Shown piece after piece: positions 13,585 through 23,154 of a stretch of DNA of 33,262 bases. A model generated the notes under the pieces. It did not search any database and was not told the origin of the DNA. It saw nothing but the letters and a program-made list of their open reading frames with translations. The stretch comes from a virus (Duplodnaviria; Caudoviricetes). The translations under genes were made by a program, and so were the position numbers. Location of the stretch: the IMG/VR virus record IMGVR_UViG_3300037483_000150, positions 1 to 33,262 of that record; one strand, given 5' to 3'. Every line of letters begins with the position of its first letter. Position 1 is the first letter of the stretch.

Positions 13585-15585
13585 TTACACAATTGTTATA
13601 TTACCTATTGATGATATAACAGTAAAAACAGTATCGGCAGTCGTACAAACCATTTCAAGCACATCAAAAGCGTTAGTTGAAGCAACACTACCTCCTACAC
13701 CAACGGTACTAGAATCGCTTCCCATCTGAATATTCTGCCCTGCATTTTGGTCTATTTGCCAACCGCCAACACCTTTTCCAACTACGTTAATTACTGTTCC
13801 AAAAGCAGCAGTTGTGGGCAATGTAAACGTCACCGTTCCTGCATTATTTGCCACATAGCCACTATCGGCAGTCATGGCTTGTGTTGTTCCTGTAACCTCA
13901 GTCCACCCAATGCCTGAACCAGTACCTGCAATTGTAATTCCACCTGCACTTTCAGCTATAGATATTCCTGCTCCAGCCGTCAAGGTTGCTGCAACTGGTG
14001 TTCCACCAGTAACACCTATTATTATCTGGCCATCGGTCATTGAAGCGGTCATTGCAGGAACACCAGATGCGTTAGTCACAAGTAACGCACTATTGGCTGT
14101 TGTTAAACCCTCAACAGTGTTTGCACCGTTAGAATATAATAATTCGCTCGCATCATAAGTGTCCGCATAAGTAGCTGTAGTAAACCCAATCTGTGCAGCA
14201 CCGTCAGTTTTTAAATGCTGGTTAGTTGTGCCATCGGCTTGAGGCCATTTAAGCCCGTCAAGAATTAAGTCTCCCGTTGTATCAGGCGTTAGATTTATAT
14301 CGCCAGCCGTATCAGTACTTGTGATGGAATTACCATCTAGTCTTAGATTATCTACATTAAATTGTCCAACTAGTGTTAAAGTTCCAGCTCCATCTGTAGT
14401 AAATCCAGGATCACCATCAAGAGAGCCAGAATTATTATATTGGATCTCGGTGTCACTTCCCCCCGCTCCGCCGGCAGTAGCGGCAATATATGCAACAACT
14501 GATTCACTTGTAGGTATATTTGAATCAGTGGCCGTTGCCATAGTGTCATCATCAATAATAGAATCAATAACCGTAGAGGATTGAATAGTCATTGTTCCAG
14601 GAAAATCAAGCGTGCTGGATAAAGATACTACAGGATTTGACGCATCCGAAGAATCAACATCAATCTGATTTGCTGTACCAACAACTGTATCGACAACACC
14701 GCCAGATAATTGATCCCATTCTGTAGCTTCGTATACCTCTAAAGCTTGAATGGTTGTATTGTATCTAACCATCCCATCAATAGGCGATCCAGGGCGTTCT
14801 GCCGTTGTTCCTTTAGGTGGGATCATTGACTCTGTTCCTGGCAATACAGGATTATCAGCAATACCAATTGTTGGATTTCCACCTGCACCTGTGCCATTAG
14901 CAATGTCTATTTCATCAGATGTACCTGTAATCGTTCGTACTGCTTGAATGCCCGTAGTTGTTGTGTTGTATACAAACCCTGTAGCAAGCGCACCCATAGC
15001 TTGAGCATTTGGTAGTTCTGAATTAGCTACTTGTAGAATATACGTCGCATCATCTGGTGCTAACCCACCACCAGCAGGTACATTGTATGCAATAATTTCA
15101 TCATTAGCATTGTTCATTGCCCACACTTGATTGGCTGTGAGAATTGGTAGAACCTCATCTTTAGTATCGATGGTTGCTGATACGTTATAGCCTGGATTAA
15201 CAATGGTGTCATACATCTGAGCTTGCTGATCAACTAAGGTTAAAATACCAAAGTCCTGGTTAAGCATACTGGGTGTAAAGTTTACATTTTGATAAAGATT
15301 CATTCTTGTTGGCGGTGTATTTCTGACTATTGTAATAACGTCATCTGCATCTACTCCTGATAGGAAAGTCACTCGAACCGTATGACTTCCTCCAACAAAA
15401 GTTACATTGTAAAGGCTAGGACTTACCAACTGGGTCACGTCATCAGCCTCTACGCCATCAGCGCGTCTGTACACGTCAATATCTGATGCGGCATCGGCAG
15501 TATATAATGTATTAAATACAGTCTGACCAGCACTGGCTATTATTTGTTCTCTAGGGGTAATATCATCAATCACAACCTGAACCAT
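13585..15585 (-). CDS. tail fibre protein
   Basis: T7 gp17-like N-terminal anchor (PR.Q..A.AGQTVF...Y, ITI.R, LN.DF..LT...QQ) followed by T/G/D-rich fibre modules. Confidence 0.85.
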   Translation of the reverse strand: MVQVVIDDITPREQIIASAGQTVFNTLYTADAASDIDVYRRADGVEADDVTQLVSPSLYNVTFVGGSHTVRVTFLSGVDADDVITIVRNTPPTRMNLYQNVNFTPSMLNQDFGILTLVDQQAQMYDTIVNPGYNVSATIDTKDEVLPILTANQVWAMNNANDEIIAYNVPAGGGLAPDDATYILQVANSELPNAQAMGALATGFVYNTTTTGIQAVRTITGTSDEIDIANGTGAGGNPTIGIADNPVLPGTESMIPPKGTTAERPGSPIDGMVRYNTTIQALEVYEATEWDQLSGGVVDTVVGTANQIDVDSSDASNPVVSLSSTLDFPGTMTIQSSTVIDSIIDDDTMATATDSNIPTSESVVAYIAATAGGAGGSDTEIQYNNSGSLDGDPGFTTDGAGTLTLVGQFNVDNLRLDGNSITSTDTAGDINLTPDTTGDLILDGLKWPQADGTTNQHLKTDGAAQIGFTTATYADTYDASELLYSNGANTVEGLTTANSALLVTNASGVPAMTASMTDGQIIIGVTGGTPVAATLTAGAGISIAESAGGITIAGTGSGIGWTEVTGTTQAMTADSGYVANNAGTVTFTLPTTAAFGTVINVVGKGVGGWQIDQNAGQNIQMGSDSSTVGVGGSVASTNAFDVLEMVCTTADTVFTVISSIGNITIV

Positions 15586-15586
15586 T

Positions 15587-16288
15587 TTAGACCTCCTGTC
15601 TCCATCGCCGCTTAGCTGCTTCGGACATTTTTAATTTAGTTTCTTCTGACCAAGGCTTTCCTTTATTATGTGCTGTTCTCCCTTTTGCAGCCAGCGACAT
15701 TTTTAACTTGGTTTCCTTGGAATTCTTTCTTCCAGTATTGTGTTCTTGTAATTTTTTCATTAATCCTAAAGGACGTTTTTTCCCAGTGTTAACAAGTTTT
15801 GCAGCTTCACATAACTTTTTTATTTTATCTTGGTCTTCCATACAAAGAGCCTTAGCAGCCTCAGATAATTTCATCCGTGTTTCTTCTGAAACTTTCTTTC
15901 CTTTTTCAGAGGCAGAAATCCTGGCCTTAGTTACATCGGAAAGTGGCCTTCGTTTAACTTTTTTTGCCGACTCAGACATCTTCTTTTTGGTTTCTTCTGA
16001 TGGCAATTTTTTATCGCCTCCAGTATTTAAATTATAACCATTTGGAGCCAAGGACTGTTTTTGTAAAATTAAAGACGTTTCCGCTTTGTTTGCCTCTTCC
16101 AATGTAAGACCTTTAATTAAAATTTCTTTTTTAAAAGCATCCCATCCATATTTAATTATTGCTAAATAGATTGCTGTATTTCTTGGGCTTGAATTATGAG
16201 CCTTCATTCTTCGTTCAAAATTACACGTCTGTCCAATATACCTTTTGCCACTTGGTGAAGTAAGCATATATATACAATATTCTTTCAT
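15587..16288 (-). CDS. free-standing GIY-YIG homing endonuclease with NUMOD3 repeats
   Basis: CIYMLTSPSGKRYIGQT..F.RR...H, AI.KYG..AF, GYNL..GG, then five SEET(K/R)xK(M/L)S.A-like repeats. Confidence 0.92.
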   Translation of the reverse strand: MKEYCIYMLTSPSGKRYIGQTCNFERRMKAHNSSPRNTAIYLAIIKYGWDAFKKEILIKGLTLEEANKAETSLILQKQSLAPNGYNLNTGGDKKLPSEETKKKMSESAKKVKRRPLSDVTKARISASEKGKKVSEETRMKLSEAAKALCMEDQDKIKKLCEAAKLVNTGKKRPLGLMKKLQEHNTGRKNSKETKLKMSLAAKGRTAHNKGKPWSEETKLKMSEAAKRRWRQEV

Positions 16289-16319
16289 GTTATAATTTCC
16301 TCGTTAGTAGATAACACTT

Positions 16320-16351
16320 GCCGCACAAGGCGCGAACCTATATGTGCGGCA
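16320..16351 (-). promoter_or_regulatory. stem-loop in the leader of the homing endonuclease gene
   Basis: GCCGCACA...TGTGCGGC inverted repeat between the stop of the large virion gene and the endonuclease SD. Confidence 0.4.
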
Positions 16352-16356
16352 TAAAT

Positions 16357-19300
16357 TTATTTGGGTCTTTTCTCGGGCAATCCTGAGTGTGCTATAAAAT
16401 AATCAAATCCTTGTCTTACAGCTAATTGTGAACGACCAGGTATAATACGAAATAGTTTTTTCAAATCACTTTGATTCATGTCGCGTTTAATTCCATGGCC
16501 AAGAGCATCACCAACACTAAAAATATTTCCCACTACAGGTCCGAAGAAAGAACCATGAGGGTCATACCCTGAACGTTTTTGCGTTGATTCAAAAAATGGA
16601 TCCCCGAACCCTTTATTTATTTGCGCCAACATATCCCAGTTTGGGCCAAGCAGGCCAGAATATTCAAGCCCTTCAAATGCTGCGTGATACCAGGTTTCAT
16701 CATCTTTGAAAAAATCTTTGCCATTTGCAAGCCTTAATATTGCAGGACTTATCATAGAAAGTCCTACCATCATGGTAGCCCCAAGCACTTGTTCTGCTTG
16801 GGGCCTTTGCATAATAGGAACTGCATAACGGTTAAACGCATTATACGCCCATCCATGAAACATAAATACCAAAGAGAGTAGAGGATTTCTTGTCCAATAG
16901 GGAGATGAAAAAACATCGGTATCAACTACAGTATCACGAACCGCGCGACGCATAGCGTCACCCATTTTAATCTTAGCTTCATTATCTGACCACCGCCAAT
17001 ACATGGATTGGTGTTGCGCCCCTTTAACCCAGCCACCAGCATCTTTCATTTGGTTAATAAATAATTCTGCGTCTTGTCCAACATCTAATCCATAGTGTGC
17101 CATAGCAATTCGTTCTTCATTGCTTAATGTGCCTTTTAAATGGTCTGACATAGCCTTCATGGCTCTTGATTGAAATGTATTAGCTGCTAATCGTTGATTG
17201 ATATTTTGCAACAAATTAACACCAAAGAAATTCATGGAGTAATGGGCTAATTTTTCACTGGAAGTTATTGCAATACTAAGCATCGCATTTCCAGGGGGTT
17301 CATTCATTACGCCTGGATTAAACCATTTTCCGGTTCGCGCATTTAATTCCGTATTGAGAGCAAGCCCCACATGAGCCGCATTGTTACGCCATTGCTCTAA
17401 ATGTTCTCCTTTAGACATTCGAACACGCTCAAACAAAGATTGAATCATAGGCTTTAAACCCGCACTCAATGTATTCATTATTCCATGCTTCATCATGGTT
17501 GCACCAAGTTCTTGAAGCTGATAAGCAACTACACCACCCATTAAAGCAGAAACAGTTAGGTTTTTAGCAACCGTTGTTAGACCTCGCACGGTAGTGTCCA
17601 TATCCGAACCATGAATTCCAAAATAGGCGTTATAGGTTTGCTCCATAAATTTTCGGGCATTTTTGTAATCTGAATCTAGTTGTTTTAATTGCTTTGAACG
17701 CTCTGTTGATTCTGGTTTAGATAAAAATTCATTTTTAGTTTTATCGTACTCTTGTTTGATTCCACGCAATGCGCCATCAAATCCACGAGTGGTTGCAAAC
17801 TCAGGCATAGCTTCTATAAACCCAAGAGAGCGTCCAACGGTTTGCATATAACTGGTCATAAGCGATGCTACATCAGTATCTTGAAATCCATGCTCTACAT
17901 ATACAGATGTTGGAACCATATGTGTTCGTTGTTTAAAATAATTAGGCATTGAGACATGTGGGCTAAAATGATGAAACACACTAGAGACTATATCATTAGG
18001 AGACAGGTTCATTCGAGTTTCCCACATAGCCTTTACTGCAATAATTCGTTCTCTTTCCGTTTTAAATGGTCTGCGTAACTTTGGATGTTCATCAGGATTA
18101 TGAAATTTAACTTCATAACCATCTTCCATAAAAAGATTAGGGCTTATTTCTCTATTAAAGGCACGTTCCTGTAAATCCATTTCCATCTGTTCATGTGCTT
18201 CTTGTGCAAGTTTTAATCTATTTTCTTCAAGAGTTATATCTTTATCCAATTGTTTTCTTTTTTCTAAAAAATCTTTTTTATTTGAAATAGATTTTCTTTC
18301 TAATTTTAGCTCATCAACTTTTTGCTGGTGTTTATCAATAACTGCCTTTTGCTTTTTAACAGGCTCAAGAAGCGATCTAAGCTGTTTTCTTTCTTCACCA
18401 CTCATTGGGTTGCGTTCTTCGAGAAGTATTCCATAATCCATGTTATTGGCGATTTTAGAGTTATAATCTTCTAGTTGTCTTTCAAGCAATCCTTTAGCTC
18501 CAGATAATTGATTTTTATAATCTCTAATTTTTGGATCGTTTTTATCTGTTGTTTTAATTAGTTCTCGTAACTGTTTTATTCTTGAACGAGAATTTTCAAT
18601 TGGGCGTTCTATTTCTGTTATTAACTTATCTTGATTAGCCAAAGCATCCGAAGTAATCTTTTCCCAAACATCTTGTCTGTTAACCATAGCAGAAACATTA
18701 TCTTTAACTGGAAAGTAACGCCACGCATTACGTGGGTTTTTAAACATTGGTCGACCAGTAAGGTTGCTGTATATCTCATTCATTTGAACAAACGTATTAT
18801 GCATTTGGTCGGCTACAGCATGGGCCTCTGAATACTCGGAGCGGTATGTTTCGTCTGATAATATCTTTAAAGCCTCTGCTCCAAAGTCAGTTTCAGATAT
18901 TTGCCTGTCTCTTGAGATTGCCTGTTTAAAACTTTTCAATTTGGCAAAGGCAGTATCTCCATCAATTCCATTGGCTTTCATCCATTGCTTGCGAAAAAAT
19001 AGGGTAAAATCCATAGCTTGAGCAGAATAGCGCATAGCTATAAGTTGCGCTGGGGTTTCAGATGCAATTCCTAGAGCCTCTCCTGCCGTTATAAAAGGGG
19101 AGCCAGCTATTTTATTAAACCATTGTTTAGCCGCAGTAAACCGATTAGACGCAGCTACCATAGCCGGAGAACGTAGCCCTGGAATGTTCATGGTTTTTTC
19201 TAAAGTTTTTCCAACTACAGGCAATGAAAATAATCCACTTCTATCCATATGCTCTGTATACCAAGCCTTAGCTAAATCAACTTCTGCGGCTGATAAACTT

Positions 19301-20229
19301 TCCCCAGGAGCCGGAGTAAAGGTTACTTCACCTGTTAATTTTCCATCTTTAAACACGGGATCAATTTTAATGCCTTTATTGCTGTATAGGCTAAATGCTT
19401 TGCGAGCATCCCATAGCTTTAAATCATGAGAAACTTTACTAAGACCGGAGCCTACGCCCATTAATGCCGAACCAAAAATCGTATCTGTAACAGCATCAAA
19501 AGCGGCATCTTCAAGTGTTCCTCCAATCCTGTTGGCTTGCACCATTGAGTTTCTTGCAAAGGACTCAATACCAATTGCCGGAGCTGATGATAAAGCATTC
19601 ATCATCATAGTCTTTGGAACGGTTGCGTATTTGATATTGGTTAAAAACTTCATTGAATAAAGACTTCCTGGGCTAGTTATTGCCCCTGCCAATCCTCCTG
19701 CCAAAGAAGAAAACCATCCGCCATTAGCAAAATATTCATCTTCTTTTGTTTGGTCACGTATTGCTTGTTTACGTGCTTCAAGTTCTTTAGGGCCTGTAGC
19801 AGTCCTTAGTTCATACCAAAATCTACTATCAAATTCGGTTAAATCTTCTGGTTCTACGCGCCAGCCATCTGGAACATCTTCAAGCAAATGGTTAGGAGAA
19901 AAAGCATTAACAAGAAATTTTCCTGCTTGAAATCCCGCATTATAGTTCTTCCATACGTGTCTAAAGTTTTCAAATCCGCCAGGCGAACCAACATCAGACT
20001 TAAGAAACTGACCAGGGCTTCTTGTAGTTGGAGTACTGTATTGCGGCTGAGCATGGTCTTGATAAATAAATGGTGGGACGCCTTTAGGGTATGGGTTTGA
20101 ATAAGAGGACTGCGGCCCTCCAGGCATTTGCGTTGGTACAAAAGCAACCGCTTCTTGCGAGTCACTAACAAATCCTGCTTCTTCAAGAACATCTTCTTGA
20201 GTGGGCTTAGTTTCAGTTTTTTCTTGCAT
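16357..20229 (-). CDS. large internal virion (ejection) protein, T7 gp16-like by position
   Basis: 1290 aa, helical. Third of three genes after tail tubular B. C-terminal P.....P...L.F.F..W pattern. Confidence 0.7.
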   Translation of the reverse strand: MQEKTETKPTQEDVLEEAGFVSDSQEAVAFVPTQMPGGPQSSYSNPYPKGVPPFIYQDHAQPQYSTPTTRSPGQFLKSDVGSPGGFENFRHVWKNYNAGFQAGKFLVNAFSPNHLLEDVPDGWRVEPEDLTEFDSRFWYELRTATGPKELEARKQAIRDQTKEDEYFANGGWFSSLAGGLAGAITSPGSLYSMKFLTNIKYATVPKTMMMNALSSAPAIGIESFARNSMVQANRIGGTLEDAAFDAVTDTIFGSALMGVGSGLSKVSHDLKLWDARKAFSLYSNKGIKIDPVFKDGKLTGEVTFTPAPGESLSAAEVDLAKAWYTEHMDRSGLFSLPVVGKTLEKTMNIPGLRSPAMVAASNRFTAAKQWFNKIAGSPFITAGEALGIASETPAQLIAMRYSAQAMDFTLFFRKQWMKANGIDGDTAFAKLKSFKQAISRDRQISETDFGAEALKILSDETYRSEYSEAHAVADQMHNTFVQMNEIYSNLTGRPMFKNPRNAWRYFPVKDNVSAMVNRQDVWEKITSDALANQDKLITEIERPIENSRSRIKQLRELIKTTDKNDPKIRDYKNQLSGAKGLLERQLEDYNSKIANNMDYGILLEERNPMSGEERKQLRSLLEPVKKQKAVIDKHQQKVDELKLERKSISNKKDFLEKRKQLDKDITLEENRLKLAQEAHEQMEMDLQERAFNREISPNLFMEDGYEVKFHNPDEHPKLRRPFKTERERIIAVKAMWETRMNLSPNDIVSSVFHHFSPHVSMPNYFKQRTHMVPTSVYVEHGFQDTDVASLMTSYMQTVGRSLGFIEAMPEFATTRGFDGALRGIKQEYDKTKNEFLSKPESTERSKQLKQLDSDYKNARKFMEQTYNAYFGIHGSDMDTTVRGLTTVAKNLTVSALMGGVVAYQLQELGATMMKHGIMNTLSAGLKPMIQSLFERVRMSKGEHLEQWRNNAAHVGLALNTELNARTGKWFNPGVMNEPPGNAMLSIAITSSEKLAHYSMNFFGVNLLQNINQRLAANTFQSRAMKAMSDHLKGTLSNEERIAMAHYGLDVGQDAELFINQMKDAGGWVKGAQHQSMYWRWSDNEAKIKMGDAMRRAVRDTVVDTDVFSSPYWTRNPLLSLVFMFHGWAYNAFNRYAVPIMQRPQAEQVLGATMMVGLSMISPAILRLANGKDFFKDDETWYHAAFEGLEYSGLLGPNWDMLAQINKGFGDPFFESTQKRSGYDPHGSFFGPVVGNIFSVGDALGHGIKRDMNQSDLKKLFRIIPGRSQLAVRQGFDYFIAHSGLPEKRPK

Positions 20230-22616
20230 TAGCTAAAGCCCCTTCCCATTTGATTTAATTGATAAGAGAAACTTTTTTTGTACTCAATTTCATCATAATT
20301 TTTTATATATTCTGCTGCTTGTGCCTTGGTTATATTTGGGTCTTTAGGAACAATACCTGCTACAGATAAATAGTTTTCACGTATCCATTGCGTATTTGGC
20401 TTCCAGCTCAAGTGAGTGCGCCCATTAGGAAAAACGCCAAATAACGAATCTTGTGCGCCAGACTTTTTGTCAAACAATCCAATATCATAACCGCCAATTA
20501 ATTCACCAGTTTTTATATCAAGACTTTGGTTGGGATTGCTTTTAAGATAGGTTGTCCATTCTTCTTTTTTTCCAGTCTGATAAATTTTGTGTATGACGAT
20601 GGGTGCGCCGGAATAAAATTTATTGATTGCTTGTTTATCAATAGCATATGTGGGGTCAGATAAGCCCTTATCCAGTCTGGCTTTAGCCTCACGATAAGCT
20701 TTGTAATCAGGTCTTTCAGCAATTTCATAATAAAAAGGCTGCGCCCCGCTTTCATAAGCTTTCTTGCTAAATTCAATTGCTGGCTTTATTTGCTGATACA
20801 AATCTTCTTGCATTAAAGGAACTGCTGCCTTTCCTAGCCCTATCATTTTCTCAGGAGGATATTGCATATACCCTTTTATGCCATTAATAGACGTCTCGCC
20901 AAAGGTTTGCTGCATTCCTTCTTTAGCTGCTTTTTTAGATACTTCAACATTTCCATTGGTTACTTTCATATTGGTCGAAAATAAAGAGCGAAACTGGGCT
21001 GCCATTCCACCAGGACTTTCAATTGTCGCATCACTAGGTATGTCTAGTGTATTTCTTGCCCACTGATAACTATCCGGAGTTGTATTAGCAAATGTTTTAA
21101 GTGCGCTATCTGTCTGAGCCTGTATAAAATTAACTACATCAGGCTTGTCTTTTTGATTCCAAATTTCTTGAGCAATAGCTGCTGCTTCTTCTTCGGTATT
21201 TCCTTCATCCAAAGCGTTTTGAAAATTCTCTTTCATTGCAACTGATTTTTGGTCATTTAAAAATCCGGCCGCTTTATTTCCTGGCAACTCTTTAAGTCGG
21301 TTATAATAATGAATCCCCTCGGTCATTTGTCCATGAATGCCAGAGCTAACCTGTCTTTGAAGACTTTGGATATACAAGGGAACTGGTACAGCAGCACTTG
21401 AAGCGGTTACAAATTGCGCTTCTGATTGAGAAATAGGATTGCCATTTGCTTGCTGCCTCTCTTGATATAAATTAGAAAGCTGCATAAAAGATTTATTAAT
21501 TGCATCATTTGAGGCCGTTTTCATGTAATCATTATTTTGCCAATTAGCGGATAACTCTGCCTGCGCTGCGGCTTTACTAGAACCGGAGTGATTCATATGG
21601 GCAAATGCTATTGCCAAATTATTAAATAACCGTGGTTCTTCTTTGAGATCTTCTTGATACTGAGCGAGTTTTTCAGATGTCATTACCTGGTTTGCTATAT
21701 CTAAATAGCCTTGACTTGCAATTGTTTGAGAAGCTTGTTTTGTAAACAGTTTTCTATTAGCTAAATATTTTCTGGCATTATTGCCAACCGTTTCCCAATC
21801 TGACCAACTAATATTTTTAGGTTTCTTAGATGGCTCAACTAAAGATTCAAGCCATTGCGCACCTTTGCCCTCATTATGAGCTTTAATACCATTTTGAATT
21901 TGTTCAGAGCTAAGATAATTTAATCCAGCCGATTTCTTTAAAGCATCGCCTTTAGATTTGCTGTATATGCCAGCACTTACAGCTTTTGAAATCTGGTTGG
22001 TTTGTTCGGTTAAAAACCGAGCTGCTTTTTCTACATTTCCATCAAGCCAAGCATTATGAACATTTTGATTGGCAGTGCTTATCGCCAAATCAGAATTGGC
22101 TCGTTGCTCAGCCTTTTGCTGGCCTATAAGTCTCGTTTGATAATTATGAATAGAAGATGTTAGCTCTTGGTTAAACGAATTAAACAAAGATACTTTTGTA
22201 TCATTAGGGGCAAGCTGCAAAATATCATCCAAACTTTTTTGAACTGTTTGTTGGTATTGCGCTATATCCCCTTGTCCTATTTTATTTAATTTAGACAAAG
22301 CTTCATCGGCTTCATTAATAACTTTTTGCCCTTGATTTGATAGCGTAGCATGGGCTTGATTTTGGTAAGCATCAATATATGCTTTATCAGCACCAGTAAG
22401 CGGAGGAAGTACTTCACCAGAAGGGTTAAGGCCAGCCTGTATGCCACGCCTCTTGGCTAACTCCATAGAGGCATTAGTGGCAAGGGTTGAGCCTATTTGC
22501 CCAAGCGTATCTGGAGTTAATGCCATGTTGTCAAAGGATTGTGCGTAAGGCGCATTGCCTACGGTTGCATTTAATTTAACTTGTGAGTCAAATTCAGGAA
22601 TTGGTTGCGTAGCCAT
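20229..22616 (-). CDS. internal virion protein, gp15-like by position (start probably ATG 22616)
   Basis: About 795 aa, Q/A/N-rich helical. TAATG coupling at both ends. Confidence 0.65.
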   Translation of the reverse strand: MATQPIPEFDSQVKLNATVGNAPYAQSFDNMALTPDTLGQIGSTLATNASMELAKRRGIQAGLNPSGEVLPPLTGADKAYIDAYQNQAHATLSNQGQKVINEADEALSKLNKIGQGDIAQYQQTVQKSLDDILQLAPNDTKVSLFNSFNQELTSSIHNYQTRLIGQQKAEQRANSDLAISTANQNVHNAWLDGNVEKAARFLTEQTNQISKAVSAGIYSKSKGDALKKSAGLNYLSSEQIQNGIKAHNEGKGAQWLESLVEPSKKPKNISWSDWETVGNNARKYLANRKLFTKQASQTIASQGYLDIANQVMTSEKLAQYQEDLKEEPRLFNNLAIAFAHMNHSGSSKAAAQAELSANWQNNDYMKTASNDAINKSFMQLSNLYQERQQANGNPISQSEAQFVTASSAAVPVPLYIQSLQRQVSSGIHGQMTEGIHYYNRLKELPGNKAAGFLNDQKSVAMKENFQNALDEGNTEEEAAAIAQEIWNQKDKPDVVNFIQAQTDSALKTFANTTPDSYQWARNTLDIPSDATIESPGGMAAQFRSLFSTNMKVTNGNVEVSKKAAKEGMQQTFGETSINGIKGYMQYPPEKMIGLGKAAVPLMQEDLYQQIKPAIEFSKKAYESGAQPFYYEIAERPDYKAYREAKARLDKGLSDPTYAIDKQAINKFYSGAPIVIHKIYQTGKKEEWTTYLKSNPNQSLDIKTGELIGGYDIGLFDKKSGAQDSLFGVFPNGRTHLSWKPNTQWIRENYLSVAGIVPKDPNITKAQAAEYIKNYDEIEYKKSFSYQLNQMGRGFS

Positions 22617-23140
22617 TAATACCCCCAAGAGAAGTTGTCAGGATTAACCCATTTATTTTCTTTCGGAGTTTTGTTGCCTACCATGCCGGGCTTTAAAAGG
22701 GATGTGGTTTGCAATGTGTTTAGAAAGTCTTTTGTTAAGCTTTGACCTAATTGGGTTTCTGATTGAAGGCTATGTAGACCTGAAAGCACATGGTTGGCAC
22801 GCAGTTCTGATTCAGCCGCTAAAAGATTCATACGGCGTTTGCGTTCATCGTTATCAAAGGTGTTCACTGATTTGCTGATGCCAGAATAACTAGAGCCACC
22901 ACGATTGCCACGGGCTGCTTGTATGGCAATTTGTGAGCCAATATTTTGACGCAGTTGTTTCATTTCATCGAGTGAGGCATCGGCACTTTGAAGGCGAATG
23001 GCTTCAAGATTGGTAGTGTATTGTTCTTGCTCAAGCTTACGTCCAAGTTTAATATACTTCTCTTGTGACTTAGCTCCGAAGACACTTGATACCAGACCTG
23101 CTGCTTGCATTGCTAGTAAAAAGGCTGTCATTGGATCCAT
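22616..23140 (-). CDS. internal virion protein, gp14-like
   Basis: MDPMTAFLLAMQAAGLVSSVFGA N-terminus and Q.A..AA.G..G.S motif typical of small podovirus ejection proteins. Confidence 0.7.
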   Translation of the reverse strand: MDPMTAFLLAMQAAGLVSSVFGAKSQEKYIKLGRKLEQEQYTTNLEAIRLQSADASLDEMKQLRQNIGSQIAIQAARGNRGGSSYSGISKSVNTFDNDERKRRMNLLAAESELRANHVLSGLHSLQSETQLGQSLTKDFLNTLQTTSLLKPGMVGNKTPKENKWVNPDNFSWGY

Positions 23141-23154
23141 TCGCTAATCTCCTT

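Noticed and set aside
12737-15585. Diversity-generating retroelement or invertible tail-fibre cassette
   Set aside because: No reverse transcriptase, no TR/VR pair differing at adenines, and no inverted alternative fibre ends. The shared IDDD..ATA segment is diverged protein-level homology.
15587-16356. Group I intron housing the GIY-YIG gene
   Set aside because: Flanking genes are intact with their own stop and start, and only ~68 nt of non-coding sequence is available, too little for a ribozyme core.
18490-18510. TTTAGCTCC as a self-target of the element A guide
   Set aside because: Only 9 nt match and no adjacent TTAT. I saw no convincing in-window target for either guide, though the search was by eye.
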